Shown here one piece after another: positions 27,985-36,272 of a stretch of 36,417 nt of DNA. This DNA is from Dehalococcoidia bacterium (lineage in GTDB: Bacteria > Chloroflexota > Dehalococcoidia > Tepidiformales > Tepidiformaceae). Made by a program: the position numbers and the translations under genes. The stretch spans positions 1 through 36,417 of the forward strand of contig DASCML010000069.1 of the NCBI GenBank assembly GCA_036010925.1, in the 5' to 3' direction. Under the pieces are notes generated by a model. That model did not search any database, was not told where the DNA came from, and saw only the letters and a list, made by a program, of their open reading frames with translations. Every line of letters begins with the position of its first letter. Position 1 is the first letter of the stretch.

Positions 27985-28033
27985 GGAGACGGTTTCGTCT
28001 CCTCCACCGAGTCTCTTCGGAGATTGCCGGAGG
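27985..28033 (+). promoter_or_regulatory. putative expression platform: two mutually exclusive hairpins, the second sequestering a GGAGG
   Basis: Hairpin A is GGAGACG-GUUU-CGUCUCC (27985-28002). Hairpin B pairs CCUCC (28001-28005) with GGAGG (28029-28033) and encloses AGUCUC-UUCG-GAGAUU (28010-28025). A and B share C28001-C28002. Confidence 0.4.
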
Positions 28034-28290
28034 TCCGACTTGCCGCGCTTGGATGCGTCCCAGAGAGTTGATCTGCGTCGCCGGGGAATGGCCCGGTGGG
28101 CGCTCAGTCACGCTGTCTCGCTGAATCCGATCGCGGGCGCCAGGTCGCTTGTTCGCTATCCCGGTGGCAGGGCCGGGGTTTGCGGATCCAGACAGCCTGG
28201 TCGGTCCTTCGTGCGACGCTTCAGCCCTTGCTCTGGTCGATGCTTGGCGTTGGCTTCAGCAGGGTTTCACTGGTGATCTGGAGGATCTCA

Positions 28291-28701
28291 ATGACAGTCA
28301 TATTCGACACTGACCCTACCGGGCTGGATGCCCAAATCACGTCCCATGACCCCCTCGAGGAGGTCGTAGGCGCGCTCCGCGCTGCCAGGGAAGTCCCGTT
28401 CGAAGCGGAGAGACCTGCCCTCTGGCATAAGCGCTTTACCGCTCGCGTTACTGACGCGCTTGTTGCGATGCGCGGCCACGCTACCAACGCAAGGACGGCC
28501 GCAGGCTCTCTACGTTCCGAATGTTCGACCCTTGTGACAAAGATCGACGGACTTCTCGCTTCAGCTCTCAGCGCTCAGCCGAGACAGGTCCAAGTACCCC
28601 AGATGGTGGAACTATCCGAACAGGCGGTGGCCCTTGAGCTGGCCGGCCGCGACCACGCGCGAGTGGCTGCTCTGTGCGAAGAGGGCGCCCCCGGCGGTTG
28701 A
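28291..28701 (+). CDS. hypothetical protein (136 aa)
   Basis: ATG 28291 lies 5 nt after GGAGGA (28280-28285). The third codon position is GC-rich. The part of ORF 28096..28701 upstream of this ATG is Arg-rich and unconvincing. No family recognised. Confidence 0.5.
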   Translation: MTVIFDTDPTGLDAQITSHDPLEEVVGALRAAREVPFEAERPALWHKRFTARVTDALVAMRGHATNARTAAGSLRSECSTLVTKIDGLLASALSAQPRQVQVPQMVELSEQAVALELAGRDHARVAALCEEGAPGG

Positions 28702-28784
28702 CCTAAGACCAAACTCTCGCCAGCATCAGCGTTCGCGCCTCGCCGGGGGCCAGTTTTGAACCGGGAGGCGCTTCAGGAGGACCC

Positions 28785-30128
28785 ATGACAGAGCACAAGT
28801 ATCACGCCTATGGCGCGCACAATATCAGCAACGTTCCGCAGTTCGCGAATCTTCCAGAGGAGGACAGGTTCGCGATCGATGTGGTGTCGCGGGTGCTCCC
28901 ATTCAAGATCAATAACTACGTTGCCGACGAGCTTATCAATTGGGACAATGTACCTAACGATCCCGTCTACACTCTCACGGTGCCTCAGCGCGGAATGCTC
29001 GCGCACCATCACTTCGAGGCCGTCGCTCGGCTGGTTCGGGACGGCGCTCCGAAGGATCAGATTGATTCAGCTGTGGCCGAAATCCGAGCGACCTTGAATC
29101 CGCACCCGGCCGGCCAGCTCGAGCACAACGTGCCAGAGCTCTATGGCGAGCGCCTCGAAGGTATGCAGCACAAGTACCGCGAGACCGTCCTCTTCTTCCC
29201 AGCCAGTGGACAGACCTGTCATGCCTACTGCACATTCTGCTTCCGATGGCCACAGTTCGTTGGCGACAAGGGCCTCAAATTCGCCTCAGCCGAGGCCTCT
29301 GCGCTCGTCGACTACCTCCGCTATCATCCCGAGGTAACAAATGTCCTCTTCACCGGGGGGGACCCGATGGTGATGAGCGCTGCGCGTTTGGAGTCCTATA
29401 TCCGGCCGATTCTGGAGGCCAGGCTCCCGAACATCGTCAGCATTCGCATCGGCACGAAATCCCTCAGCTACTGGCCCTACCGGTACCTTACCGACAAGGA
29501 TTCGGAGGACGTGCTCAGCCTCTTCCGTGAAATAACCGGCAATGGTTTGCATCTCGCCATCATGGCGCACTTCAACCATCCCCAGGAACTGCAGACATCC
29601 GCAGTCGCCGAGGCCATCGGCAAGATTCGCGACACCGGGGCCGAGATCCGGACGCAGTCGCCGTTGATGGCCAATATCAACGACAGGGCCGAGGACTGGT
29701 CTGCTATGTGGCGAAAGCAGGTCAATCTCGGCTGCATCCCCTACTATATGTTCATTGCGCGTGACACCGGTGCACAGCAGTTCTTCAGGGTGCCCCTTGT
29801 CCGGGCGCAGGAGATCTACCGCGAGGCATACGCACACGTAAGCGGACTCGCGAGGACCGTTCGCGGACCTAGTATGTCCGCCGATCCCGGAAAGGTCCGG
29901 GTCATCGGACCTGTCGAGCTTCCGGGTCGCAAAGTGATGGCGCTGAACTTCCTTCAGGCCCGGGACCCCGACTGGGTGCAGCGAATTTTCCTGGCCGAAT
30001 GGGATGAGAACGCTGCCTGGCTCGATGAGCTGAGGCCAGCCTTCGGAGAGACGCGATTCTTCTTCGAAGACGAACTCGCCGCTATGCACGGCAACGCTCT
30101 CCAGGAGCTCGTGTTCAGCGCACGCTAA
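28785..30128 (+). CDS. KamA-family radical-SAM aminomutase (lysine/glutamate 2,3-aminomutase-like)
   Basis: 447 aa. Radical-SAM CHAYCTFC (CxxxCxxC) motif followed by FRWPQF, and the FTGGDPMVM motif characteristic of the KamA family. AGGAGGA SD 4 nt upstream. Confidence 0.88.
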   Translation: MTEHKYHAYGAHNISNVPQFANLPEEDRFAIDVVSRVLPFKINNYVADELINWDNVPNDPVYTLTVPQRGMLAHHHFEAVARLVRDGAPKDQIDSAVAEIRATLNPHPAGQLEHNVPELYGERLEGMQHKYRETVLFFPASGQTCHAYCTFCFRWPQFVGDKGLKFASAEASALVDYLRYHPEVTNVLFTGGDPMVMSAARLESYIRPILEARLPNIVSIRIGTKSLSYWPYRYLTDKDSEDVLSLFREITGNGLHLAIMAHFNHPQELQTSAVAEAIGKIRDTGAEIRTQSPLMANINDRAEDWSAMWRKQVNLGCIPYYMFIARDTGAQQFFRVPLVRAQEIYREAYAHVSGLARTVRGPSMSADPGKVRVIGPVELPGRKVMALNFLQARDPDWVQRIFLAEWDENAAWLDELRPAFGETRFFFEDELAAMHGNALQELVFSAR

Positions 30129-30172
30129 GTTCGTTCCCTGTGGGGCCGCGGGTTTCCCCTCCTCCTCTGTGG

Positions 30173-31105
30173 TTACTCGGCCGACTCAGCGCTCAAGAGG
30201 TCCAGCCGTTCGGCCTCCCCCTGCGTTAGCTCGAAGTCGAGGGCGCCCGCGTTCGACGTAGCCTGGTCGCTATCCTTGGCTCCCGGTATCGGAATGACGC
30301 CCTCCTGTCGCGCGAGCCAGTTGAGCGCTACTTGGGCTGGCGTTTTCTCGTGCTCATTGCCAATGCTCGCGAGTTCCTCAATGAGAGGCTGCAACTCGCC
30401 AATCTTCCTGAACTGACGCCGCATCCGCCGTATGCCGTCTACGCTGGACCCGGGGCCATATTTGCCCGAAAGCGCACCCGAAGCGAGCGGGGTGTAGGCG
30501 ATGAGGGCCACGTTCAGCTCCCGACAGGCATTGAGGACTCCGTTCTGTTCGGGATCCCGGTGAAGAAGGCTGTAGTTGACCTGGTTTGAAGCCAGCGGAA
30601 TGTCCCACCTTTCGAGGGCTTCGAATGCTCTCCTCATCTGGTCCGCGTTGTAGTTACTCACGCCCACCGCTTTGATTCGCCCAGCCTCGATCTCGTCGGC
30701 CATCGCTTCCATCAAAGGCTCGATCTTGAGAAAAGAAAAAGGCCAGTGCACCTGATAGAGATCGACGCTTTCCATGCGCAATCGCCGGAGGCTTCCGGCC
30801 AGCGCCTTCGACAAGGATGAGGGCCGCAGGCGGGTCGGAAGTGGCGCGAATTTGGTGGCGACCAAAGCCTCCCTCTCAGAGCGTTGGAGGAAATAACCGA
30901 CGAGTCGCTCCGATTGCCCGCGGCCATACATCTCTGCTGTGTCTATCAGTGTGACACCGGCGTCCAGCGACGCCTGGAAGGCGCGATGCGCCCCTTGCAC
31001 ATCCTTCCTGTTCCATGTCATGGCACCGACTCCAAGCGTTGGGGTCGTGAGTTCGGTTTTTCCGATCGTCACAGGTGTCCTGAGATCGCCCAATTTCGCC
31101 TCCAT
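30173..31105 (-). CDS. aldo/keto reductase
   Basis: GVGAMTW..., IDTAEMYGRGQSERLVG and VGVSNY blocks. Start set at ATG 31105. The upstream 51 codons of the tracked ORF are non-homologous. Confidence 0.82.
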   Translation of the reverse strand: MEAKLGDLRTPVTIGKTELTTPTLGVGAMTWNRKDVQGAHRAFQASLDAGVTLIDTAEMYGRGQSERLVGYFLQRSEREALVATKFAPLPTRLRPSSLSKALAGSLRRLRMESVDLYQVHWPFSFLKIEPLMEAMADEIEAGRIKAVGVSNYNADQMRRAFEALERWDIPLASNQVNYSLLHRDPEQNGVLNACRELNVALIAYTPLASGALSGKYGPGSSVDGIRRMRRQFRKIGELQPLIEELASIGNEHEKTPAQVALNWLARQEGVIPIPGAKDSDQATSNAGALDFELTQGEAERLDLLSAESAE

Positions 31106-31270
31106 CCCGGAGCCAGCCCGGCTGGGCGGACCGCCAAGAAATACCTCGGTCTCTAGCCGGGATAATAGCCTCCCCGAAACGCCCCGGCATAGCAAGAAAT
31201 CTTGAGCTGCGCCCGCGATGGTTCCATTGTAGTGCGATGCTCGTTGGAGCTTGGTCATCAGCTACGATGA

Positions 31271-32047
31271 TTGCCGGAAGAGAGGCACTCGGTGGATTCT
31301 GTAGCGATTGGAGTTGACATAGGTGGAAGCAGTATCAAGGTCGCTGCAGTCGATCTGACTAAAGGCGCCCTTGCGAGCGCGAGGCTTGTTGCGCCCACAC
31401 CGGAAGTTGCCTCTCCCGCGGCCGTCGGGGAGATTGTTCATGACTTGGTCAATGACGCTTCGATGCCGGTCGACGTGCCGGTTGGGATCGGATTTCCCGG
31501 AGTCATCAAGTCCGGCTTGATCTGCACGGCGACTAACCTGGGGGAGACCTGGGTCGGGATCGACATCAACAACGCGACCGGTCGGGCGGTGGGCCGGCCC
31601 ACCGCGGCAGTCAACGACGCTGACGCGGCCGGTCTAGCCGAAATGCGATTCGGCGCCGGGCGTGGTGTGAGGGGGCTGGTGATCATGGTTACGCTGGGTA
31701 CTGGCATAGGTACGGGCGTGTTTCACGATGGGCGCCTCGTCCCGAACGCTGAACTTGGGCATATCGAAGTGCGCGGTGTCGATGCCGAGACCAGGGCGGC
31801 GGCTTCAATACGCGATAGTAAGAAGCTCAGTTGGGTGGCCTGGTCCCGGAGGGTCGAGGAGTATCTGGATGCCCTCGATCGGCTCCTCTGGCCCGACCTT
31901 GTGATCATCGGTGGGGGCGTGAGCGCTGAGCCGGAGAAGTTTCTGCCACTGATCAAGGTACGGCCGCAGGTAGTTCCGGCGGTCATGGGGAACGACGCTG
32001 GTATTGTTGGAGCCGCGCTCTGGGGATTCGAAGGCGATGAGTGTTAG
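31271..32047 (+). CDS. ppgK: polyphosphate glucokinase (ROK family)
   Basis: IGVDIGGSSIK, GFPGV, ATNL...W and GTGIGTG...ELGH blocks. The start may be GTG 31292 instead of TTG 31271. Confidence 0.82.
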   Translation: MPEERHSVDSVAIGVDIGGSSIKVAAVDLTKGALASARLVAPTPEVASPAAVGEIVHDLVNDASMPVDVPVGIGFPGVIKSGLICTATNLGETWVGIDINNATGRAVGRPTAAVNDADAAGLAEMRFGAGRGVRGLVIMVTLGTGIGTGVFHDGRLVPNAELGHIEVRGVDAETRAAASIRDSKKLSWVAWSRRVEEYLDALDRLLWPDLVIIGGGVSAEPEKFLPLIKVRPQVVPAVMGNDAGIVGAALWGFEGDEC

Positions 32048-32146
32048 CTGTGATCAAACGGGCCCGTTCGGGTGCAGCTAAGAAGAACACAGTTTCACGC
32101 CCGGGAGAGTTGAGACCATGGGTGGGTCAGCTGGCTCAGGTTTGGG

Positions 32147-32643
32147 CAAATCGGCCCAGATTCTAGGGAACAATCTAGATCAATTCTGCATCAATCGGTC
32201 GAGCACCTGGCTTCTTTCCGGATGATGCTGGGATTGATCGTGCTTCGGCCTGCTGGCGTAAATGAGACTTCGCGGCCTGGGGCGTCGCAGTTGGCCCAGC
32301 TGACTACCCGGACGTGGCGGTTGGGGTGACCGGACGCGTGGCCGGCGGCCACGCCGACCGGGGAGTCTTGCTGTGTGGGAGCGGGGTTGGAGTGAGTGTT
32401 GCAACAAACAAAGTGGCCGCAATCCGCCATGACACGTTTTCGGCAAGGCAGGGAGTCGAGGATGATGCTATGAATGTCCCGTGTCTTGGTGCGCGAGTTA
32501 TTGGCCCGGAGCTGGCTGTTGAGGTCGTCGGCGCCTTCGCGTCTGCCGAATTCCTAGCAGCTGAGCGAAACGCATGGAGACCGGCCAAGGTTATTGCGCT
32601 TGAATCAGCGGGAGCACCTCAAATTACGGGAGGTACCGAATGA
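32147..32643 (+). pseudogene. rpiB: degraded ribose-5-phosphate isomerase B gene
   Basis: The 3' two-thirds is an open frame, ADYPDVAVGV...ADRGVLLCGSGVGVSVATNKV...LGARVIGPELA..., but catalytic-region residues diverge: EDDAMNV where the family has HN-x-x-NV, and ERNAWRP where it has ERH-x-RR. About 4 residues are also missing after ...AAIR. The 5' third is split between phases 2 and 1 (...QIGPDS..ILHQSVEHLASF / DDAGID...). There is an in-frame TGA at 32263-32265 and no usable start codon. Confidence 0.6.
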
Positions 32644-33761
32644 CCGATACCGGAGCGTCGACCCTCAAGACCCACCAGCTCCTGGAGGCCGAGCAGAGCC
32701 CCTGGCTCGACAACATCCATCGCGAGTTACTCACTTCCGGCGAACTTGCGCGCATGGTTGAGGACGGTCTCGTCACCGGCCTCACTTCCAATCCGACGAT
32801 ATTCGACCGTGCCATCTCAGGCTCTAGCGAGTACGACGAAGCCCTGGACCACATCACCGCGAAAGGTGGGCTGAGTCCGTACGAAGGGTTCCTCGAAATC
32901 GCGGTCGACGACATTCGTGCCGCCACCGAGATTCTTCGCCCAGTGTACGAGCGCACGAACTCCGGAGATGGCTATGTGTCTCTCGAAGTTCCGCCGGGCC
33001 TCGCTGCTGACGCCGAGGCGACGGTCGCCGAGGCCGCGCGTCTCTTCGAGCGAGTTGGCTGCCCAAACCTGATGGTCAAAGTCCCTGGGACGCCCGAGGG
33101 CATGATCGCCACTCGCCGCCTGATAGCTGCGGGCGTCAACATTAACGTCACGCTGCTGTTCAGCATCGAGCAGTACGAAGCGGCGGCAGAGGCCCATATT
33201 GCCGGCTTGGAAGATCGCCTGGCCGCAGGGAATGACGTGTCGTCGGTCGCGGGGGTTGCTTCATTCTTCGTATCCCGAGTCGACACTGCTGTAGACGCGC
33301 TTCTTTCGGGCGATTCACAGCTACGAGGGCGAATTGCTGTGGCGAACGCACGCGCCGCCTATGGCCGCTACCAGGAGATCTTCAGCGGCGACAGGTGGGG
33401 CCGGCTCACCGCCGCGGGCGCAATGCCGCAGCGCCCACTCTGGGCATCTACGGGGACCAAGAATCCTGATTACAGCGACGTGCTCTACGTCGAAACCCTG
33501 ATCGGCCCGGACACCGTGAACACAATGCCTGAAGCCACTCTCGCGGCGGCCCTCGACCACCTGAAGGTTGCCCCGACGCTTATCCCAGGGATCGAGCCCG
33601 CGAAAAGAGAGCTTGCTCAGCTCGCAGCGGCCGGGATTGATCTCGCCGGCGTTACGACCAGGCTTCTCGAGGAGGGTCTGGCGTCCTTCGCCGCCGACTT
33701 CGACCGTCTCCTCGACCGAATTGCTGAGCGCCTCGAGCAGAGAACCGGGGCAGCTGGATGA
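32640..33761 (+). CDS. tal: transaldolase
   Basis: 373 aa. SPWLDNI, TSNPTIF and MVKVPGT (Schiff-base Lys) blocks. Its ATG overlaps the rpiB-frame stop (ATGA). Confidence 0.9.
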   Translation: MTDTGASTLKTHQLLEAEQSPWLDNIHRELLTSGELARMVEDGLVTGLTSNPTIFDRAISGSSEYDEALDHITAKGGLSPYEGFLEIAVDDIRAATEILRPVYERTNSGDGYVSLEVPPGLAADAEATVAEAARLFERVGCPNLMVKVPGTPEGMIATRRLIAAGVNINVTLLFSIEQYEAAAEAHIAGLEDRLAAGNDVSSVAGVASFFVSRVDTAVDALLSGDSQLRGRIAVANARAAYGRYQEIFSGDRWGRLTAAGAMPQRPLWASTGTKNPDYSDVLYVETLIGPDTVNTMPEATLAAALDHLKVAPTLIPGIEPAKRELAQLAAAGIDLAGVTTRLLEEGLASFAADFDRLLDRIAERLEQRTGAAG

Positions 33762-35296
33762 GTTTGGCTTTGCCGGGCCGTGAGATGACAGAAACCCTGC
33801 GGCAAATAGAGGAAGCCGGGGTTATCGATCGAATCTGGGCGGGTGATCATACGGTCTGGAAGCCCGATCCGACCGAAATTGCGGATCGCCTTGGTTGGCT
33901 TGCTCTCCCCTCTTCAATGCTGACGCACGTCGACGATCTGGAGGCTTTCGGCCGCGAGGCTCGCGATGAAGGAATCAGCGCGGTCGTCCTTCTTGGGATG
34001 GGAGGATCGAGCCTTGCTCCGGAGGTCATGGCCGCGACTTTCGCCTCCCAGCCGGGGACACCTCGCCTTGAGGTGCTAGACACGACGGACCCCGCTCAGA
34101 TCATGGACTTGGAGTCGCGGATCGACCTCGGGCAGACGCTCTTTGTCGTCGCTTCGAAGTCGGGGACCACAATCGAGACTAGATCACAGTTTGCTTACTT
34201 CTGGGAAAGGTTTCCCGAGGGCCGCAACTTTGTGGTCATCACCGATCCCGGCAGTGCCCTAGAGGAGATCGGAGCCAGCCACAACGTTCGCCGGGTATTT
34301 CTGAATCCGTCCGATATCGGTGGAAGGTACTCAGCGCTCTCTTTTTTTGGCCTCGTGCCTGCGGCGCTCATCGGTGTCGACATACGTGCGCTTCTTGAAC
34401 GAGCTGGCGAAATGATGCGGGCTTGCGGTGCCGGAATTTCGGTTTCCGACAATCCGGGTGCGAACCTCGGAGCGGTCATGGCCGGGTTATCCAAGAGGGG
34501 CCGGGACAAGCTCACGCTCGCGCTTCCCGAGGGTCTTTCCACGCTGGGGTACTGGATTGAACAGCTGGTCGCTGAGTCGACTGGCAAAGAAGGCTTGGGA
34601 ATTCTTCCCGTCGAAGGCGAGGTGCTGGGAACACCCTCTGTATACGGTGATGACCGCCTCTTCGTCGCAATCGGCAACGATCCACGCCTAGGCGAATTGG
34701 AGTCTGCCGGACACCCTGTGCTGCGCCTGGAGCACGAACCGGGTGAGCCTGCCAAGCTCGGCGCTGAGTTCTTTCGCTGGGAGTTTGCTACGGCGATTGT
34801 GGGGCACCTGCTCGGCATCAATCCGTTCGATCAGCCCAACGTCCAGGAGGCCAAGGACGCCACGAATCGAGTGCTCGACGGCGACGTACCAAATCCAGAG
34901 ACTAGGCCGCTTTTAAACGTCCTTGCGGACGTACACCCGGGCGACTACGTGGCGATTACCGCTTATATCCCGCAAAACTCAGAAACCATCACGACCTTGG
35001 CGAGCGTCCGGCACGCCATTCGTAACCGTTACAAGGTCGCGACAACCGTTGGCTTCGGCCCCCGTTTCCTTCATTCAACGGGCCAGCTCCACAAAGGAGG
35101 TGCCAACAATGGCGTTTTCCTCCAGGTACCCCCGGAGGCGCCCTCCGACCTGGAGATCCCGGGGAGTCCGTTTAGCTTTGGGCAGCTGCACGCCGCCCAG
35201 GCTCTCGGGGATTTCTCTTCGCTCGTGAGCCACGAGCGAAGAGTCTGGCGCGGCACCATGATCGACCTGCTCGCGGCCGCGCATGGTGCCTTCTGA
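33758..35296 (+). CDS. pgi: glucose-6-phosphate isomerase
   Basis: 512 aa. VLLGMGGSSLAPEV, VVASKSGTTIET and DIGGRYSALS sugar-isomerase blocks. 4-nt overlap with tal. Confidence 0.88.
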   Translation: MSLALPGREMTETLRQIEEAGVIDRIWAGDHTVWKPDPTEIADRLGWLALPSSMLTHVDDLEAFGREARDEGISAVVLLGMGGSSLAPEVMAATFASQPGTPRLEVLDTTDPAQIMDLESRIDLGQTLFVVASKSGTTIETRSQFAYFWERFPEGRNFVVITDPGSALEEIGASHNVRRVFLNPSDIGGRYSALSFFGLVPAALIGVDIRALLERAGEMMRACGAGISVSDNPGANLGAVMAGLSKRGRDKLTLALPEGLSTLGYWIEQLVAESTGKEGLGILPVEGEVLGTPSVYGDDRLFVAIGNDPRLGELESAGHPVLRLEHEPGEPAKLGAEFFRWEFATAIVGHLLGINPFDQPNVQEAKDATNRVLDGDVPNPETRPLLNVLADVHPGDYVAITAYIPQNSETITTLASVRHAIRNRYKVATTVGFGPRFLHSTGQLHKGGANNGVFLQVPPEAPSDLEIPGSPFSFGQLHAAQALGDFSSLVSHERRVWRGTMIDLLAAAHGAF

Positions 35297-35323
35297 CCCA
35301 CACTCAAATCACCGGAGGCCGAG

Positions 35324-36208
35324 ATGACTGAGACGATGACGATTGGAATGGTCGGGCTGGGGAGAATGGGGGCCGGAATGGCTAAGCGTCTCCGCGATGC
35401 CGGCCACGATGTAATCGGTTACGACCGAAATCCAAATGTATCGGATGTGGAGTCGCTCGAAGAGATGGTGGAGCAGCTCCCGTCTCCGCGGATCGTTTGG
35501 ATGATGGTTCCGTCAGGCGAGATCACCGAGACTGCTATTCGCGATGTCGCCAATCTCCTCGAGCCCGGAGACATCCTTGTCGATGGCGGCAACAGCTACG
35601 TGAAGGACACCGTCCGGAGGGCGACCGAGCTGTCCGAGCGTGAACTGCGCTTTCTCGACGTCGGCACATCCGGGGGTGTTTCAGGGCTCGAGAACGGGTT
35701 CTGCCTGATGGCGGGTGGGGACCCCGAGGTCTTCGCTGCAGTTGAGCCCGTCCTCGCCGCGCTCGCCCCGGCGGACGGTTATGCCCGCGTAGGCGGACCC
35801 GGCGCTGGACACTTCACAAAGATGGTCCATAACGGGGTCGAGTACGGCATGTTGCAGGCCTATGCTGAAGGGTTCGATCTTCTCCATGCCGCCGCCGAAT
35901 ACGATTTCGACCTTCACCAGATCGCAGCCCTCTGGAACCAAAGCAGCGTCGTTCGTTCCTGGTTACTGGAGCTTGCCGAGAACGCGTTCGAAAAGGACTC
36001 GGAGCTCGAAGGGCTCAAGGCCTACGTGGATGATTCAGGCGAGGGACGTTGGACTGTACTCGAAGCCGTAGAGCGGGGAGTCAACGTGGGGGTGCTTTCG
36101 CAATCGTTGTTCGCGCGGTTCAGTTCGCGTGAAGACAATGCCTTCTCGATGCGCGTGATCGCGGCGCTGCGAAATGAGTTCGGCGGCCACGCGGTGAAGA
36201 GCACATGA
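35324..36208 (+). CDS. gnd: 6-phosphogluconate dehydrogenase, decarboxylating (short ~300-aa form)
   Basis: MVGLGRMGAGMAKRL Rossmann motif, VDGGNS, GTSGG and HFTKMVHNGVEYG blocks. GGAGG SD. Confidence 0.85.
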   Translation: MTETMTIGMVGLGRMGAGMAKRLRDAGHDVIGYDRNPNVSDVESLEEMVEQLPSPRIVWMMVPSGEITETAIRDVANLLEPGDILVDGGNSYVKDTVRRATELSERELRFLDVGTSGGVSGLENGFCLMAGGDPEVFAAVEPVLAALAPADGYARVGGPGAGHFTKMVHNGVEYGMLQAYAEGFDLLHAAAEYDFDLHQIAALWNQSSVVRSWLLELAENAFEKDSELEGLKAYVDDSGEGRWTVLEAVERGVNVGVLSQSLFARFSSREDNAFSMRVIAALRNEFGGHAVKST

Positions 36209-36272
36209 CTCCGGACCGTCCGGACGAGGTCCGAACCCCGCCGGCAGATCTAGGATTCGTCTCGGATCGCCG

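Noticed and set aside
28040-28276. The 78-aa ORF considered as a genuine protein-coding gene.
   Set aside because: It is extremely Arg-rich with low-complexity composition and has no homology signal by eye. It is kept only as a possible translated leader in the riboswitch finding.
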